Source: Callorhinchus milii
Lineage: Eukaryota
NCBI RefSeq assembly: GCF_018977255.1
Contig: NW_024704742.1
Location: 138,634,001 to 138,698,000, forward strand
Direction: 5' to 3'
DNA: 64,000 nt
Below, in pieces: positions 1 through 12,537 of the stretch. The translations under genes were made by a program, and so were the position numbers. The notes below the pieces were generated by a model that was not told where the DNA came from, searched no databases, and saw nothing but the letters and a program-made list of their open reading frames with translations. How positions within the stretch are numbered: position 1 is the stretch's first letter; each line of letters opens with the position of its first letter.

Positions 1-270
1 AATGGTCAGGGTGAGGGGAGGGAAGGGAGGGAGCGAGGAGGGGGAAGAGAGTCGAGAGGGGAGCTGAAGGCTGAAGGTCAAAGAGAAAGGTTTTGAGACC
101 GGCCTTGAAGGAGGAAAGGGAGGAAGCGGCGAAGGCACTGGAGGATAGAGTTCCAGAGCCTCGGGGCTGAGAGGCTGAAGGCCCGACCACCGATGGTAGG
201 GCGGTTGGGGCGGGGGACGTGGAGCAGACCGGAGCCAGAGGAACGGAAGGTACGGGCAGGTAGGTAGGTA
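1..270 (-). mobile_element. L2-clade LINE 3' end, young family, near-identical to the element at 40491-42793
   Basis: The reverse complement matches about 42300-42560 (PARTFRSSGSGLLHVPRPNRPTIGGRAFSLSAPRLWNS plus the pyrimidine-rich 3' UTR). Confidence 0.85.
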
Positions 271-439
271 GGGTAGGTAGGCAGGTAATAACCGGGTTCC
301 CACTGACTGCTGGTAAACTGAAGCGTGAAGTTTTGCTCTGCCAGGGAATCGAACCCAGGTATTCTCATTTGCGAGGCGAGTGCCTGCAGATCTGGACTCC
401 TCGCCCTCCCTGGGCTCTCCCTCAGACTCATCGAAGCAG

Positions 440-993
440 TGCGCAACCCAGCTGTCCTTCCTCCCCCACATTGGTCCCTGACCAGGACCGCCTTCCTCCA
501 CCTCATCCACATTGCCAACCTCCGACCGTACCTTACCCCAAATGCAGCCGCAACCCTCGTGCGTGCGTTTGTCACCTCCTGCCTGGAATACTCCAACCCT
601 CTCCTCGCCCGTCTCCCCAGCTCCACTGTTCACAAGATCAGCTCATTCAGACTCCGCCGCCCACTTACTGACCTGAACCAAACTCAGTCCCCGCATCTCA
701 CCAGCTCTGGCCCAGACTCCACCGGATCCCCATCACTGAACAGATCGACTTCAAGATCCTCTCACTCTCGCGTTCAAATCCCTTCACTCCTTGGCCGCTC
801 CCTCCCTCTCTGACCCCCTCACTCCCCAATCCACCACCCGACGTCTCCGCTCAACCATCACCAGCTCCTGCTCATCCCTCACACCCTTCCCTCTCTCTCC
901 GGCTCGGAGTCAGGCTCCACCACTGTTAAGCCTCTGAGACTCTGCTCTACACGGAGGGCAATTTATAAATGCAAGTTGTTGTTGTTGTTGTTG
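440..993 (+). mobile_element. Degenerate L2 LINE 3' fragment with (GTT)n tail
   Basis: IANLRPYLTPNAAATLVRAFVTSCLEYSN resembles the L2 ORF2 C-terminus. It ends ataaatgcaagttgttgttgtt. Confidence 0.75.
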
Positions 994-1423
994 AGCGCTC
1001 TAACCACAAAGTAGTTTATTCACTCATTGGATTTGCTTCTCCCAAATTCAGACGTAGTCAGTCAACCCTGATCACATGGCTCAGTCACTGAAGTTATCGG
1101 CTCTGTGGGTTCGAGCCCCACTGTGAGTCGGGGACTCTGAGCTCACGGTCCAGGCTAACGCTCCAGCACAGGGCTGGGGGGAGAGAGAGAGAGAGAGAGA
1201 GATGCTGTGCTTCAAGTGAGACTTTAAACCTCACTCCCCATCTGCCCTGTTCAGGTGGACGTTCAAACTGTCAGAGAGCATTTAATACAGACAGAAATTT
1301 TGTCCATTATCTAGTCTGTAATGGAATGTGTGTCGGAAGTACTGAGTGTGTAATGAGTGTGTGGGGTGTGTAATGATGGTGTAATTCGGGTGTAATGGGT
1401 GTGGGCTGTGTAATGCTTGTGTG

Positions 1424-2280
1424 AATCATAGCATCATAGAATCGCACAGCACAAAAAGAGGCCATTCGGCCCTTTGAATAGAGCAATGTAATGTCAATCC
1501 CACTCCCAGACTTTTCCCCATAACCTGCAAACCCGTCCTCCTCAAATACCCGTCCACCGCGTTTTTAAAAGTAGTTATCGAATCGGCCTCGACCGCCCTT
1601 TCAGGCAATGTTCCAGATTCGAACAACTCGCTGCGTGAAGAAATTTCTTCTCCCCTCCCCTCGGCTTCTTTTAGAGACTATTTTAAATCTGTGACCTCGA
1701 GTCACCGACACTCCCACCAGTGGGAACAGTTTTTCCCTTTCTAACCCATCAAATCCCCTCATGATTGTGAAGACCTCTATTAGGTCCTCGTAACCTTCTC
1801 TGTTCCAATGAGGATAATCCCGGCCTCTCCCGCCTTTCCTCATCATCACGGTCCCTCATTCCTGGTCCCATCCTCGTAAATCTCCTCTGTACCCTTTCCA
1901 ATGCCTTAACGTCCTTCCTATCGTGTGGGGCCCAGAACTGGGCGCAGTATTCTAACTGAGGCCTAACCAGTGTTTATATGGGTTAATCATAACCTCCTGA
2001 CTCTTGTACTCTATGCCCCTATTTATAAAGCCCAGTATCCCATATGCCTTTTACAGCCTTATCTCCCTGTCCTGACACCTTCAAGGATCCAGTTACCTGC
2101 CCCCCCCAGGTCTCTCTGTTCCTTCACCCCCCCTTAAGATTGTATTACCGCAGCCTATATTGCCCCTCATTCTTCCAAAATGCATTACCTCACATTTCTC
2201 CACATTGAAACTCATCTGCCATGTGTCGCCCATTTTACCATCTGTCTGTCTTCCTGCAGTCGGCTCCTATCCTTCTCACT
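1424..2280 (-). mobile_element. CR1 LINE 3' fragment
   Basis: Minus-strand peptide DLIEVFTIMRGFD...LFPLVG..TRGHRFKI...FFTQRVVRIWN, with a short tandem tail (atcatagaatc) at about 1425-1445. Confidence 0.85.
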
Positions 2281-2364
2281 GAGGTGTGTAATGTGTGTAA
2301 AACCGTGTGTGTCGGGTGTGTAATGTGTGTGTAGTGTGTGTGTGTTGCAGGGCAAGTCGCTGGC

Positions 2365-2507
2365 ATGGGGAGCTGGCTGTTATCGGGGCTGGTAGTCCTG
2401 GGGGCTTGTGTGGCGGGGGGCCGAGCCTGTGAGTGTAACCGCTACCCCTGGGGGTCCTGGAGCACCTGCACTCGTACCTGTGGCCGAGGACAGAGCACCC
2501 GCAGCCG
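2365..2507 (+). CDS. C6: Complement C6, first coding exon (signal peptide plus start of TSP1 domain 1)
   Basis: Acceptor ttgcag|2351, ATG at 2365. Peptide MGSWLLSGLVVLGACVAGGRACECNRYPWGSWSTCTRTCGRGQSTRSR, donor cg|gtcagt. 143 coding nt, phase 2. Confidence 0.9.
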
Positions 2508-3249
2508 GTCAGTCACCACAAACTCCCGTCACAGAGATGACGCTGACTGTTTTATTGTTATAATTCTATCGTAGCATTCTGTTACTATAACATGTATAAC
2601 AATCTATTATTATATGTATAATATTATTATATTATATGATTTTATTATAATTATATTGTTATATTGTATTATTATTATATTATTACAGTATATTATTATA
2701 TTATAATTCTAATATATTAATATATTATTATATATTATATGTTTAATATGTATATGTATAATAATTGCATTTGATATAGCGCCTTATTACATCTTCGAGA
2801 CGCCTCAAAGCGCTTCACAGAATAGACTGTCAAGTACAGTGACTGTATATTTTGTGGGTGAAAAACGGCCGCAAATTAACTGCCCACAAACAGTCGTGGA
2901 TTCAGTGACCACCTATTTTTTTGCGCGTGGGATTATTATTCCCAGAAAGTGATCTCCTAATCGACTAACCACCGGGTTCCTACTGACTGCTGGTAAACAG
3001 CGGCGTGTGGGGTCAGGAAATTTGCCGAAGGTTTTGCGCTGCCCGGGAATCGATCCCGGGTCCTCTCGCTTGTGAGGTGAGGGCTCTAACCCCTGAGCTA
3101 CAGGACTCCACTCCAGTAATATTATTATTGTATTTGGTTATTCATTATCTGCCGCTGTTACGCTCCACGTCAGAGTCTTGGACACCTCCCAACATGAAAT
3201 CCACTACAGAATATACATGTCCATGTGTGTGGTGTGTACAGAACCATGT

Positions 3250-4425
3250 GGTCTATCTCAGTGTGTGTGGGGGGGAGTGTGTGGGAGGATGGTATCAGTG
3301 TGTGTGTGTGGGTGTGCGGGGGGTGGGGGGTGGTGTCAGTGCGTATGAGGGGTGTCAGTGTGTGTGGGGGGTGTGGAGGGGGGGTTTCAGTGTGTGTGGG
3401 GGGGGGTGTCAGTGTGTGTGAGGGTGGAGGGTGTCAGAGTGGAGGTGGGGGGGAGTGTCAGTGTGTGGGGGGGTGTCAGTGTGTGGGGGGTGGGGGGAGG
3501 GTGTCAGTGTGTGTGGGGGTGTCAGTGTGTGTGGGGGGTGTCAGTGTGTGGGGGGGGTGTCAGTGTGTGGGGGAGGGTGTCAGTGTGTGGGGGGGGTCAG
3601 TGTGTGTGGGGGGGGGTGTCAGTGTGTGGGGGAGGGTGTCAGTGTGTGGGGGGGGGAGGGTGTCAGTGTGTGGGGGGGGTCAGTGTGTGGGGGGGGTGTC
3701 AGTGTGTGGGGGGGGTGTCAGTGTGTGGGGGGGGGGGGAGGGTGTCAGTGTGTGGGGGGGGTCAGTGTGTGGGGAGGGTGTCAGTGTGTGGGGGGGGATG
3801 TCAGTGTGTGGGGGGGAATGTCAGTGTGTGGGGGGGATGTCAGTGTGTGGGGGGGGGGAGGGTGTCAGTGTGGGGGGGGGATGTCAGTGTGAGGGGGGGG
3901 GGTGTCAGTGTGAGGGGGAGTGTGTCAGTGTGAGGGGGAGTGTGTCAGTGTGTGTGGGGGGGTGTCAGTGTGTGTGGGGGGGGGGATGTCAGTGTGTGTG
4001 TGGGGGGGGGATGTCAGTGTGTGTGGGGGGGTGTCAGTGTGTGTGGGGGGGGTGTCAGTGTGTGTGTGGGGGGGTGTCAGTGTGTGGGGGGGTGTCAGTG
4101 TGTGTGTGGGGGGGTGTCAGTGTGTGGGGGGGTGTCAGTGTGGGGAGGGTGTCAGTGTGGGGGGTGTCAGTGTGTGTGTGGGGGGGTGTCAGTGTGTGTG
4201 GGGGGGTGTCAGTGTGTGTGGGGGGTGTCAGTGTGTGTGGGGGTGTCAGTGTGTGTGTGTGGGGGGTGTCAGTGTGTGTGTGGGGGTGTCAGTGTGTGTG
4301 GGGGGTGTCAGTGTGTGTGGGGGTGTCAGTGTGTGTGTGGAGGGTGTCAGTGGTGTGTGTGGGGGTGTCAGTGTGTGTGGGGGGTGTCAGTGTGTGTGGG
4401 GGGGGGTTCAGTGCGGGGGATGTCA
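3250..4425. repeat. G/T-rich minisatellite (gtgtcagtgtgtggggggg-type units)
   Basis: Tandem degenerate units directly visible. They generate the spurious V/G/C-rich ORFs. Confidence 0.95.
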
Positions 4426-4470
4426 GTATTGGGGTCCCCGGTTGCTGACGGTGCTGTTTCTCTGTCTCAG

Positions 4471-4630
4471 GGCGATTCAGAAAGATCGCTATTATGACCG
4501 CCATAACTGTGGTGTGTTCTGCTCCCCCACCACCATGAGCAGAGAGTGTAACGTCAATGGCTGTAGCAGCGCCTGTCAGGTGGGGGACTGGTCTTCCTGG
4601 TCACCCTGTGACCCCTGTGTCAGTAAACAG
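4471..4630 (+). CDS. C6: C6 exon (end of TSP1-1, start of TSP1-2)
   Basis: Acceptor ctcag|, peptide AIQKDRYYDRHNCGVFC...RECNVNGCSSACQVGDWSSWSPCDPCVSKQ, donor |gtacat. 160 nt, phase 2 to 0, compatible with the previous exon. Confidence 0.9.
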
Positions 4631-4882
4631 GTACATTACACCTTATATTATTATTCTATTGCAAACTGTACCCGTTACAGCTTCACTTGCGCCCAAAGGA
4701 TCCAATATGGAATGTACATTGACGGCTCGACGGTCATTTCATATTTATGCCCAAAATTAAGAGCGCAAAATACTGCAGAACACGGCTGGACGTCTGAAAA
4801 CAAAAGCAGACGTCGCTGGGAACACCCAGCAGGTCAGGCAGCATCTATGGAGAGAGGAAAGTGCGTCAATGTTTCGGGTCGT

Positions 4883-5230
4883 TGGGAAGGCTCCGGTGGG
4901 AGGACTCTTTTTGGGAGGACTCCTGTGGGAAGGTTCCTGTGGGAGGACTCCTTTTGGGAGGGCTCCGGTGGGAGGGCTCCGGTGGGAGGACTCCTTTTTG
5001 GATGGCTCCTGTGGGAGGACTCCCGGGGAAGTGCTCCTTTGGGAGGGCTCCTGTGGGAAGGTTCCTGTGGGAGGACTCCCAGGGAAGTGCTCCTTTGGGA
5101 GGAGTCCTGTTGGAGGACTCCTGTGGGAAGGTTACTGTGGGAGGACTCCTTTTGGGAGGGCTCCTGAGGTAAGACTCCTGTGGGAGGGCTCCTGTAGGAG
5201 GACTCCTTTTTGGAGGGCTCCTGTGGGAAG
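4883..5230. repeat. About 14-bp minisatellite (gggaggactcctgt)
   Basis: Tandem units visible directly. Confidence 0.9.
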
Positions 5231-5663
5231 ACTCGGCGCTTTAGAAACGTCATTTTGTTGTTGTTGCCGCGGCTTAGCTTCGTCTGAGCTCTTTATTTAG
5301 TTCTCTCCGTTTGGCTGACGCGCGCTGCTCTGCGAGGCACGATGTCCCACTGCCACGGTCAGTCGGCCTGGCCGCCAGGCGTGGCCGCAGCCAAAAAAGC
5401 AAAACTGGAAATAACTCATGAATGAACGACAGGAGATACCCGAAAACAAATATGCCCGTGTCACTCCTAGTTTCAAGACCTTTCCGATGAGATACAAATC
5501 ACGTGTCTACGTCAATCGGTTGAGATCCTTCCTGAAGCGCAAACAGATACTGTCGTCTTATTAGCGTAACACTGCATTATAACACGCGCACTCTCACCAG
5601 GGCTGCAGGTCACCAGGTTGTCGGTTCACACACTGACCCTCCAGTGCAGCGCTGGGGGGAGAG

Positions 5664-5695
<32 letters not shown>

Positions 5696-5914
5696 CAGCG
5701 CATTGTCAGGGACGCCATCCTTCGGATGAGACGTTAAACCTCGCTCCGCGTCTGTCTCTGCTCGGGTTAAAGTGACATAAGGTTCAGATGTCAGGATTGT
5801 TGTTATTTACGTCACTTATTTTCTCGCCTCATCGCTCGGGCTCAGTACATCCGGATACGCTGCGGAAGAGCGAGTTGCAAACATCGGGATTAATTGCTTA
5901 CTCTCTCCACTCAG

Positions 5915-6059
5915 TTCCGCTCCAGGGACTTGCTGAGACCGGCAGAGTTCGGTGGTCGCTGTGAGGTGACCAGTTTGACAGATGACAGACCGTGTCTCGC
6001 TGACGCACTCTGCAACATACAACAGACAGACTGTGTGAATAAATTCCTCTGCGACAACG
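5915..6059 (+). CDS. C6: C6 exon (end of TSP1-2, start of LDLa)
   Basis: Acceptor actcag|, peptide FRSRDLLRPAEFGGRC...DCVNKFLCDN, donor g|gtaac. 145 nt, phase 0 to 1. Confidence 0.9.
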
Positions 6060-6086
6060 GTAACGGTATATCGTGATCAGCTGCGC

Positions 6087-6749
6087 TACACTGTGCGTCC
6101 ACACTCCCGGGTCAGGGTTAGAGACAGTAACGCTCCTCTACACTGTGTGTCCACACTCCCAGGTCAGGGTTAGAGACACAGTAACGCTCCCTCTACACTG
6201 TGTGTCCACACTCCCAGGTCAGGGTTAGAGACAGTAACGCTCCTCTACACTGTGTCCACACTCCCAGGTCAGGGTTAGAGACAGTAACGCTCCTCTACAC
6301 TGTGCGCCCACACTCCCAGGTCAGGGTTAGAGATACAGTAACGCTCCCTCTACACTGTGTGTCCACACTCCCAGGTCAGGGTTAGAGACAGTAACGCTCC
6401 TCTACACTGTGTCCACACTCCCAGGTCAGGGTTAGAGACACAGTAACGCTCCTCTACACTGTGCGTCCACACTCCCAGGTCAGGGTTAGAGACAGTAACG
6501 CTCCTCTACACTGTGCGTCCGTCCACACTCCCAGGTCAGGGTTAGAGACACAGTAACGCTCCTCTACACTGTGTGTCCACACTCCCAGGTCAAGGTTAGA
6601 GACACAGTAAAGCTCTCTCTACACTGTGCGTCCACACTCCCAGGTCAGGGTTAGAGACACAGTAAAGCTCTACACTGTGTGTCCATACTCCCAGGTCAGG
6701 GTTAGAGACAGTAAAGCTCCTCTACACTGTGTGTCCACACTCCCAGGTC
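6087..6749. repeat. About 54-bp satellite (tacactgtgtgtccacactcccaggtcagggttagagacacagtaacgctcctc), about 12 units
   Basis: Tandem units visible. Same family as 13861-14870. Confidence 0.95.
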
Positions 6750-7100
6750 ACACTGACTCTCACTCTCTCTCACTCTCTCTCTCACTGACTCTCACTCACT
6801 CTCTCACTCTCACACTGACGCTCTCACTCACTCTCACACTGACTCTCTCTCTCTCTCTCTCACACTGACTCTCTCTCACTCTGACTCTCTCACTCACTCT
6901 CTTCTCACACTGACTCTCTCACTCTCTCTCTCACTGACTCTCTCACTGACTCTCACACTGACTCTCTCTCACACACACTTACTCTCTCACTCTCACACTT
7001 ACTCTCTCACTCTCACACTGACTCTCTCACTCTCTCACTGACTCTCTCACTCTCTCACACTGACTCTCACACTCACTCTCACACTGACTCTCTCACTCTC
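6750..7100. repeat. (ACTC/CT)-rich low-complexity tract forming the polypyrimidine region before the LDLa exon
   Basis: cactgactctctcact units. A similar tract lies at 11553-12158. Confidence 0.9.
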
Positions 7101-7104
7101 TCAG

Positions 7105-7246
7105 GACGGTGTGTGGCGCAGAAGCTGGTGTGTAATGGGGAGCACGACTGTGGAGACGGATCAGACGAGGATGGTTGTCAGCCGAGACGTCCAGCCTGTC
7201 CCCGGGTCGTGGAGCCCATCCCGAGTGTCCAGCTCATGGGCAGCGG
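7105..7246 (+). CDS. C6: C6 LDLa exon, copy 1
   Basis: Acceptor tctcag|, peptide [25 protein letters not shown]...[11 protein letters not shown], donor |gtagat. LDL-receptor class A signature DCxDxSDE. 142 nt, phase 1 to 2. Confidence 0.9.
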
Positions 7247-7479
7247 GTAGATGCCCCGACTCCACTCCCCACCACCCCCGTGCCACCCGCCACTCCCCCA
7301 CACACTCTCCCCATACACTCCACCCCATTCCTTGTGCCCCACACACACCCACCCCATCCCTGTACCTCTACCACGTGCCACCCCGCCACTCTCCCCGTGC
7401 CCCCCCCCAATCACTCTCTCTCACTTTACTCGCTCCCGGGCTCTGTCTCTCACGGTCTCACACACTCCCTCTCTCTCAG

Positions 7480-7611
7480 GTACAGTATGGTGTCTGGGGA
7501 GCTCCGGGGGAGGTGCTGAACAATGCCTATTACGGTGGTCAGTGTGACACTCGGTCACAGGGTCTGAAGCTTTACCGCCTGCCCAGCAACCTGCTGAACG
7601 TCAGCTTCCAG
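7480..7611 (+). pseudogene. C6: C6 first MACPF exon, copy 1, with a 1-nt frameshift in a G run
   Basis: YSMVSGELRG then a G5 run (G6 in copy 2) shifts the frame to a TGA. The rest, EVLNNAYYGGQC...YRLPSNLLNVSFQ|gtacgt, is intact in another frame. 132 nt against 133 needed. May be a homopolymer sequencing error. Confidence 0.7.
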
Positions 7612-9585
7612 GTACGTCCTGTAGCTCAGGGGTTCGAGCCCTCGCCTCGCAAGCGAGAGGACCTGGGCTCGATTCCCGGGCCGGGGGCGAAACCTTGGGC
7701 AAGTTTCCTTACCCCCCACCCCCCGCCCGCCGCCACGCGCCTCTGGTTACCAGCAGTCCGTAGGAACCCGGTTGGCGGTGGATTCGTGGATCACTTTCTG
7801 GGAATAATAATCCCCCACAAAAAAAAATGTGGCCACTGAATCCACGACTGTTTGTGGGACACTGCTGTGCACAATTGGCGGCCACAAAAGACAGTCACTA
7901 CACTTTACAGTGAAGCGCTTTGAGAGGTCTTGAAGACGTGATCAGGCGCTGTACCAAATACCGGGATTATTATTATCATCATCATCATCATCATCATGGC
8001 AGTTTGATCCCTTCTGACAGCCTCTGTGAGGAGTTTATGCCATTAGCTTATTACTGTAAGGCAGTGTGTGCGTGTGTGTGCGTGTGTGTGTGCGTGTGTG
8101 TGTGTGTGTGCGTGTGTGCGCGTGTGTGCGCGCGTGTGCGTGTGTACCTGTGTGTGTATGTGTGTGAGGCAGCTCAGTATTGCTCCTCTTTTAACAGTAC
8201 CCCTGGGTGGGGTGGGGGAGGAAGGGGGGTGTCTGGCCTCGGGCCTCTCTCACCGCCTCTCGCGCTCCCCTCACGCCTGACCGACTAACGGACGAACGCT
8301 CTCGCGCTTCCCGCCTTTCTGCACTGTTGGCGCAATGCGCACATCCCTGATCCTCGTGGGGGTGCGTGGTGGTGGGGGGGGGGGAAGGGGGAGTGAGTGA
8401 CCAGCAGTTGGGTGGGGAGGGGGTCGAGGCAGCAGGGGGTGAAGTTCATCCGGGTGATTGTGGTTGAGAGGGAGACGTCTTAAAGCGCTTCCACGGGATA
8501 TACCGTAGAGTGTAGTGACTGTGTATTTTGTGGGCTAAGCTCAGCAGCCAATGGCACGCAGCAGTGCCCCACAAACAGCCGTGGATTGAAAGGACCAATT
8601 TATTATTTTTTTGAAGGGTTTATTACCCCCGGAAAGCGATCCACCAATCAACTGACACCCGGGTTACGTACCGCCGGTAAACAGAGGTGTGTGGAGTAAG
8701 GAGACGTACCTAACGTTTGGTCCTCCCCGGGAATCGAACCCGGGTATCCTCGTTTGTGAGGCGACACCACCTGATCTATACATAGTATAATAATCTATAT
8801 GCAAGGATTATTATTATTATTATTATCATAGAATATATAGACTATTACGAAGACTGTGTGCAAATATAAACTGTATTTATTTACATGTAATTAAATAGGA
8901 AAACCCAATGATTAACTCCACACTCCATCACACCGTCCTCACCCTCACTCTCACCCTCACCCAATCCTCACCGTCAACCCCACCCTCACCAGACTCCACA
9001 CACCCATACCCCCACCCCCCACCCCCCGCCCCACCCCACCACTGCACTGCTACCTCTGGTAAGTGTACAACGAAACCACATTCCCCCATCCTCTGGGAGT
9101 CTCTTCCCAAATGTGTGACTGTGTATATCCCTGTGTCACTGTGTAGCTATGTCGCTGTGTGGCTGCGTACGTGTTCTCTGTAGCTCTGTGTAGCTGTGTC
9201 TCTGTATGTCGCTGTGTACTCTGTGCGGCTGTGTACGTGTCTCTGTATCTCTGTGTAGCTGTGTCTCTGTCTGTCGCTGTGTACTCTGTGCGGCTGTGTA
9301 CGTGTCTCTGTGTTTCTGTGTGGCTGTGTGACTGTGTGGCTGTGTAGCTATCACTGTGTGTCTGTACAGCTGTGTCTCTGTGGCTGTATGTCTGGCTGTA
9401 GCTGTGTCTCTGTGTAGCTGTGTCTGTCTCTCTGTGTACGTGTAGTTGTGTCTCTGTGTAGTTGTGTCTGTGTCGCTGTCTCTGTGTAGCTGTGTCTCTG
9501 TAGCTTGTCTTTGTAGCAGTGTCTGTGCAGCTGTGTGTCTGTGTAGCTGTGCTGTGTGGCTGTGCTGTGTGGCTGTGCGGTGTAG

Positions 9586-10131
9586 GTGGGTCACTGTGGC
9601 TCTCTGTGTAGGTGGGTCACTGTGCCTCTCTGTGTAGGTGGGTCACTGTGGCTCTCTGTGTAGGTGGGTCACTGTGGCTCTCTGTGTAGGTGGGTCACTG
9701 TGGCTCTCTGTGTAGGTGGGTCACTGTGGCTCTCTGTGTAGGTGGGTCACTGTGGCTCTCTGTGTAGGTGGGTCACTGTGGCTCTCTGTGTAGGTGGGTC
9801 ACTGTGGCTCTCTGTGTAAGTGGGTCACTGTGGCTCTCTGTGTAGGTGGGTCACTGTGGCTCTCTGTGTAGGTGGGTCACTGTGGCTCTCTGTGTAGGTG
9901 GGTCACTGTGGCTCTCTGTGTAGGTGGGTCACTGTGGCTCTCTGTGTAGGTGGGTCACTGTGGCTCTCTGTGTAGGTGGGTCACTGTGGCTCTCTGTGTA
10001 GGTGGGTCACTGTGGCTCTCTGTGTAGGTGGGTCACTGTGGCTCTCTGTGTAGGTGGGTCACTGTGGCTCTCTGTGTAGGTGGGTCACTGTGGCTCTCTG
10101 TGTAGGTGGGTCACTGTGGCTCTCTGTGTAG
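9586..10131 (+). repeat. 26-bp tandem repeat x21 (gtgggtcactgtggctctctgtgtag), ending exactly at the C6 exon acceptor
   Basis: 546 bp equals 21 x 26, with nearly invariant units. Confidence 0.95.
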
Positions 10132-10317
10132 GTGGCTAACATGGCGGATGATGTGGAGGTGAAGCTGTACAGCGACTCGGCCGAGTATGTGAACAGCGAC
10201 AACAACTCAGAGAACAGAGGAACCTCCGGATCCGCAAACTACTTCTTTGTACAACAGTGGAGTCACTCCGACAGGTCCTCCCACCACAGCAGCTTCCTCC
10301 AAACCTCCCGCACCAAG
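10132..10317 (+). CDS. C6: C6 MACPF exon (last C6 exon in order in this window)
   Basis: Acceptor tgtag|, peptide VANMADDVEVKLYSDSAEYVNSDNNSENRGTSGS...SFLQTSRTK, donor |gtacac. 186 nt, phase 0 to 0. Resembles the C6 VQTAEDD... exon. Confidence 0.8.
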
Positions 10318-10898
10318 GTACACCCCCACAGGGCACGCGCACACCCCCACAGGGCACGCGCACACCCCCACAGGGCACGCGCACACCCCCACAGGGCACG
10401 CGCACACACACACACAGCACACAGGGCACGCACACACACACACACACACACACAGCACACCTACAGCCTCAGCACAGCTATAGCCACACCAGTGTACCGG
10501 GTCCAATACCCGGGCAGAACAAATCATCCCTCAGCCTCACTGCTTTCCTCTGTCTCTAACACTGGGATCAGCCTCACTGCTTCCTGTAGGTGTAGTGACT
10601 GTGTGACCAGATACAGCCCCTGTCCTCCCAGTAATGCATCACCATCCATGGTTGCTCTCTCCCCCTCGCTGAGCCAGTCCGGAACTCTTGGGGTCTGGTT
10701 TGACCCTCAACTATCCTTCCTACCCCACATCTGCGCCATGACCCGCTCTGCCTTCCCCACCCCCGCAACATGGCCCGACTCCCCCACTGTCTCACACCGC
10801 AGACCCCGAGACCCTCACACACACCTTCATTACAGCCAGACTCCACTATGCAAACTCCCTCCTTGTCGGCCCCCAACCCCTCCCTCCGCAGACTGCAG

Positions 10899-11552
10899 AT
10901 CATAGAATCATAGAATCATACGGCACAGAAAGAGGCCATTCGGCCCATCGTGTCTGCACCGGCTCCGAAAAGAGCTTCCGACTCAATCCCACCGCCCGCT
11001 TTCTCCCCATAGCCCCGCGATCCCGTCCTCCCCAAATACCCATCTACTTCTCTCTTAAAAGTTGTTATTGAATCGGCTCCCACTACCCTTTCAGGTAATG
11101 CATTCCAGACCCCAACACCTCGTTGGGTGAGAACATCTTTCCTAATCGCCCCTCTGTTTCTTTTAACAACTATCTGAAATCGGTGTCCTCGGGTTACTGA
11201 CCCACACACCAGCGGGAACAGCTTTTCCCGGTTCAACCTATCAAATCCTCTCATGATCTTGAAAACCTCTATTAAATCCCCTCTTAATCTTCTCTGCTCC
11301 GGGGAGAATAATCCTAGTTTTGCTAAACTCTCCTCATAACTAAGGTCATTCCTTCCTGGTACCATCGGGTAAACCTCCTTTGCACCCTCTCCGATGCCCG
11401 AACATCTTTCCTAAAGTGCGGTGCCCAGAACTGAACGCAGTCTCCAACTGAGGCCTAACAGCATTTTATAAATATTCAACATAACCTCCTGATTTTTGAA
11501 TTCTATGCCCCTATTTATAAAGCCGAGTATCCCGGATGCTTTTTTAACAGCT
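10899..11552 (-). mobile_element. CR1 LINE 3' fragment, abruptly truncated at 11552
   Basis: ORF 10916-11365 reads LSYEESLAKLGLFSPEQRRLRGDLIEVFKIMRGFD, with an (atcataga)n tail. Confidence 0.9.
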
Positions 11553-12161
11553 TCACTGACTCTCACTCTCTCTCACTCTCTCTCTCACTGACTCTCACTC
11601 ACTCTCTCACTCTCACACTGACTCTCTCACACTGACGCTCTCATTCACTCTCACACTGACTCTCTCTCTCACACTGACTCTCTCACTCACTCTCTCACTC
11701 TCACACTGACTCTCTCTCACACTGACGCTCTCACTCACTCTCACACTGACTCTCTCTCTCTCTCTCACACTGACTCTCTCTCACTCTGACTCTCTCACTC
11801 ACTCTCTTCTCACACTGACTCTCACTCTCTCTCTCAGTGACTCTCTCACTCTCTCACACTGACTCTCTCTCACACACACTTACTCTCTCACTCTCACACT
11901 TACTCTCTCACTCTCACACTTACTCTCTCACTCTCACACTGACTCTCTCACTCTCACACTTACTCTCTCACTCTCACACTTACTCTCTCACTCTCACACT
12001 TACTCTCTCACTCTCTCACTGACTCTCACTCTCACACTTACTCTCTCACTCTCACACTGACTCTCTCACTCTCTCACTGACTCCTTCACTCTCTCACACT
12101 GACTCTCTCACTCTCACACTGACTCTCTCACTCTCTCTCTCACTGACTCTCACTCTCTCAG

Positions 12162-12303
12162 GACGGTGTGTGGCGCAGAAGCTGGTGTGTAATGGGGAGC
12201 ACGACTGTGGAGACGGATCAGACGAGGATGGTTGTCAGCCGAGACGTCCAGCCTGTCCCCGGGTCGTGGAGCCCATCCCGAGTGTCCAGCTCATGGGCAG
12301 CGG
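12162..12303 (+). CDS. C6: C6 LDLa exon, copy 2 (duplicate of 7105-7246)
   Basis: Sequence and splice sites appear identical to copy 1. Confidence 0.7.
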
Positions 12304-12537
12304 GTAGATGCCCCCGACTCCACTCCCCACCACCCCCGTGCCACCCGCCACTCCCCCCACACACTCTCCCCATACACTCCACCCCATTCCTTGTGCCCCA
12401 CACACACCCACCCCATCCCTGTACCTCTACCACGTGCCACCCCGCCACTCTCCCCGTGCCCCCCCCAATCACTCTCTCTCACTTTACTCGCTCCCGGGCT
12501 CTGTCTCTCACGGTCTCACACACTCCCTCTCTCTCAG

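Noticed and set aside
3225..4497. Long V/G/C-rich ORFs (up to 415 aa)
   Set aside because: They are translations of a G/T minisatellite, open in several frames. Only 4471-4630 is a real exon.
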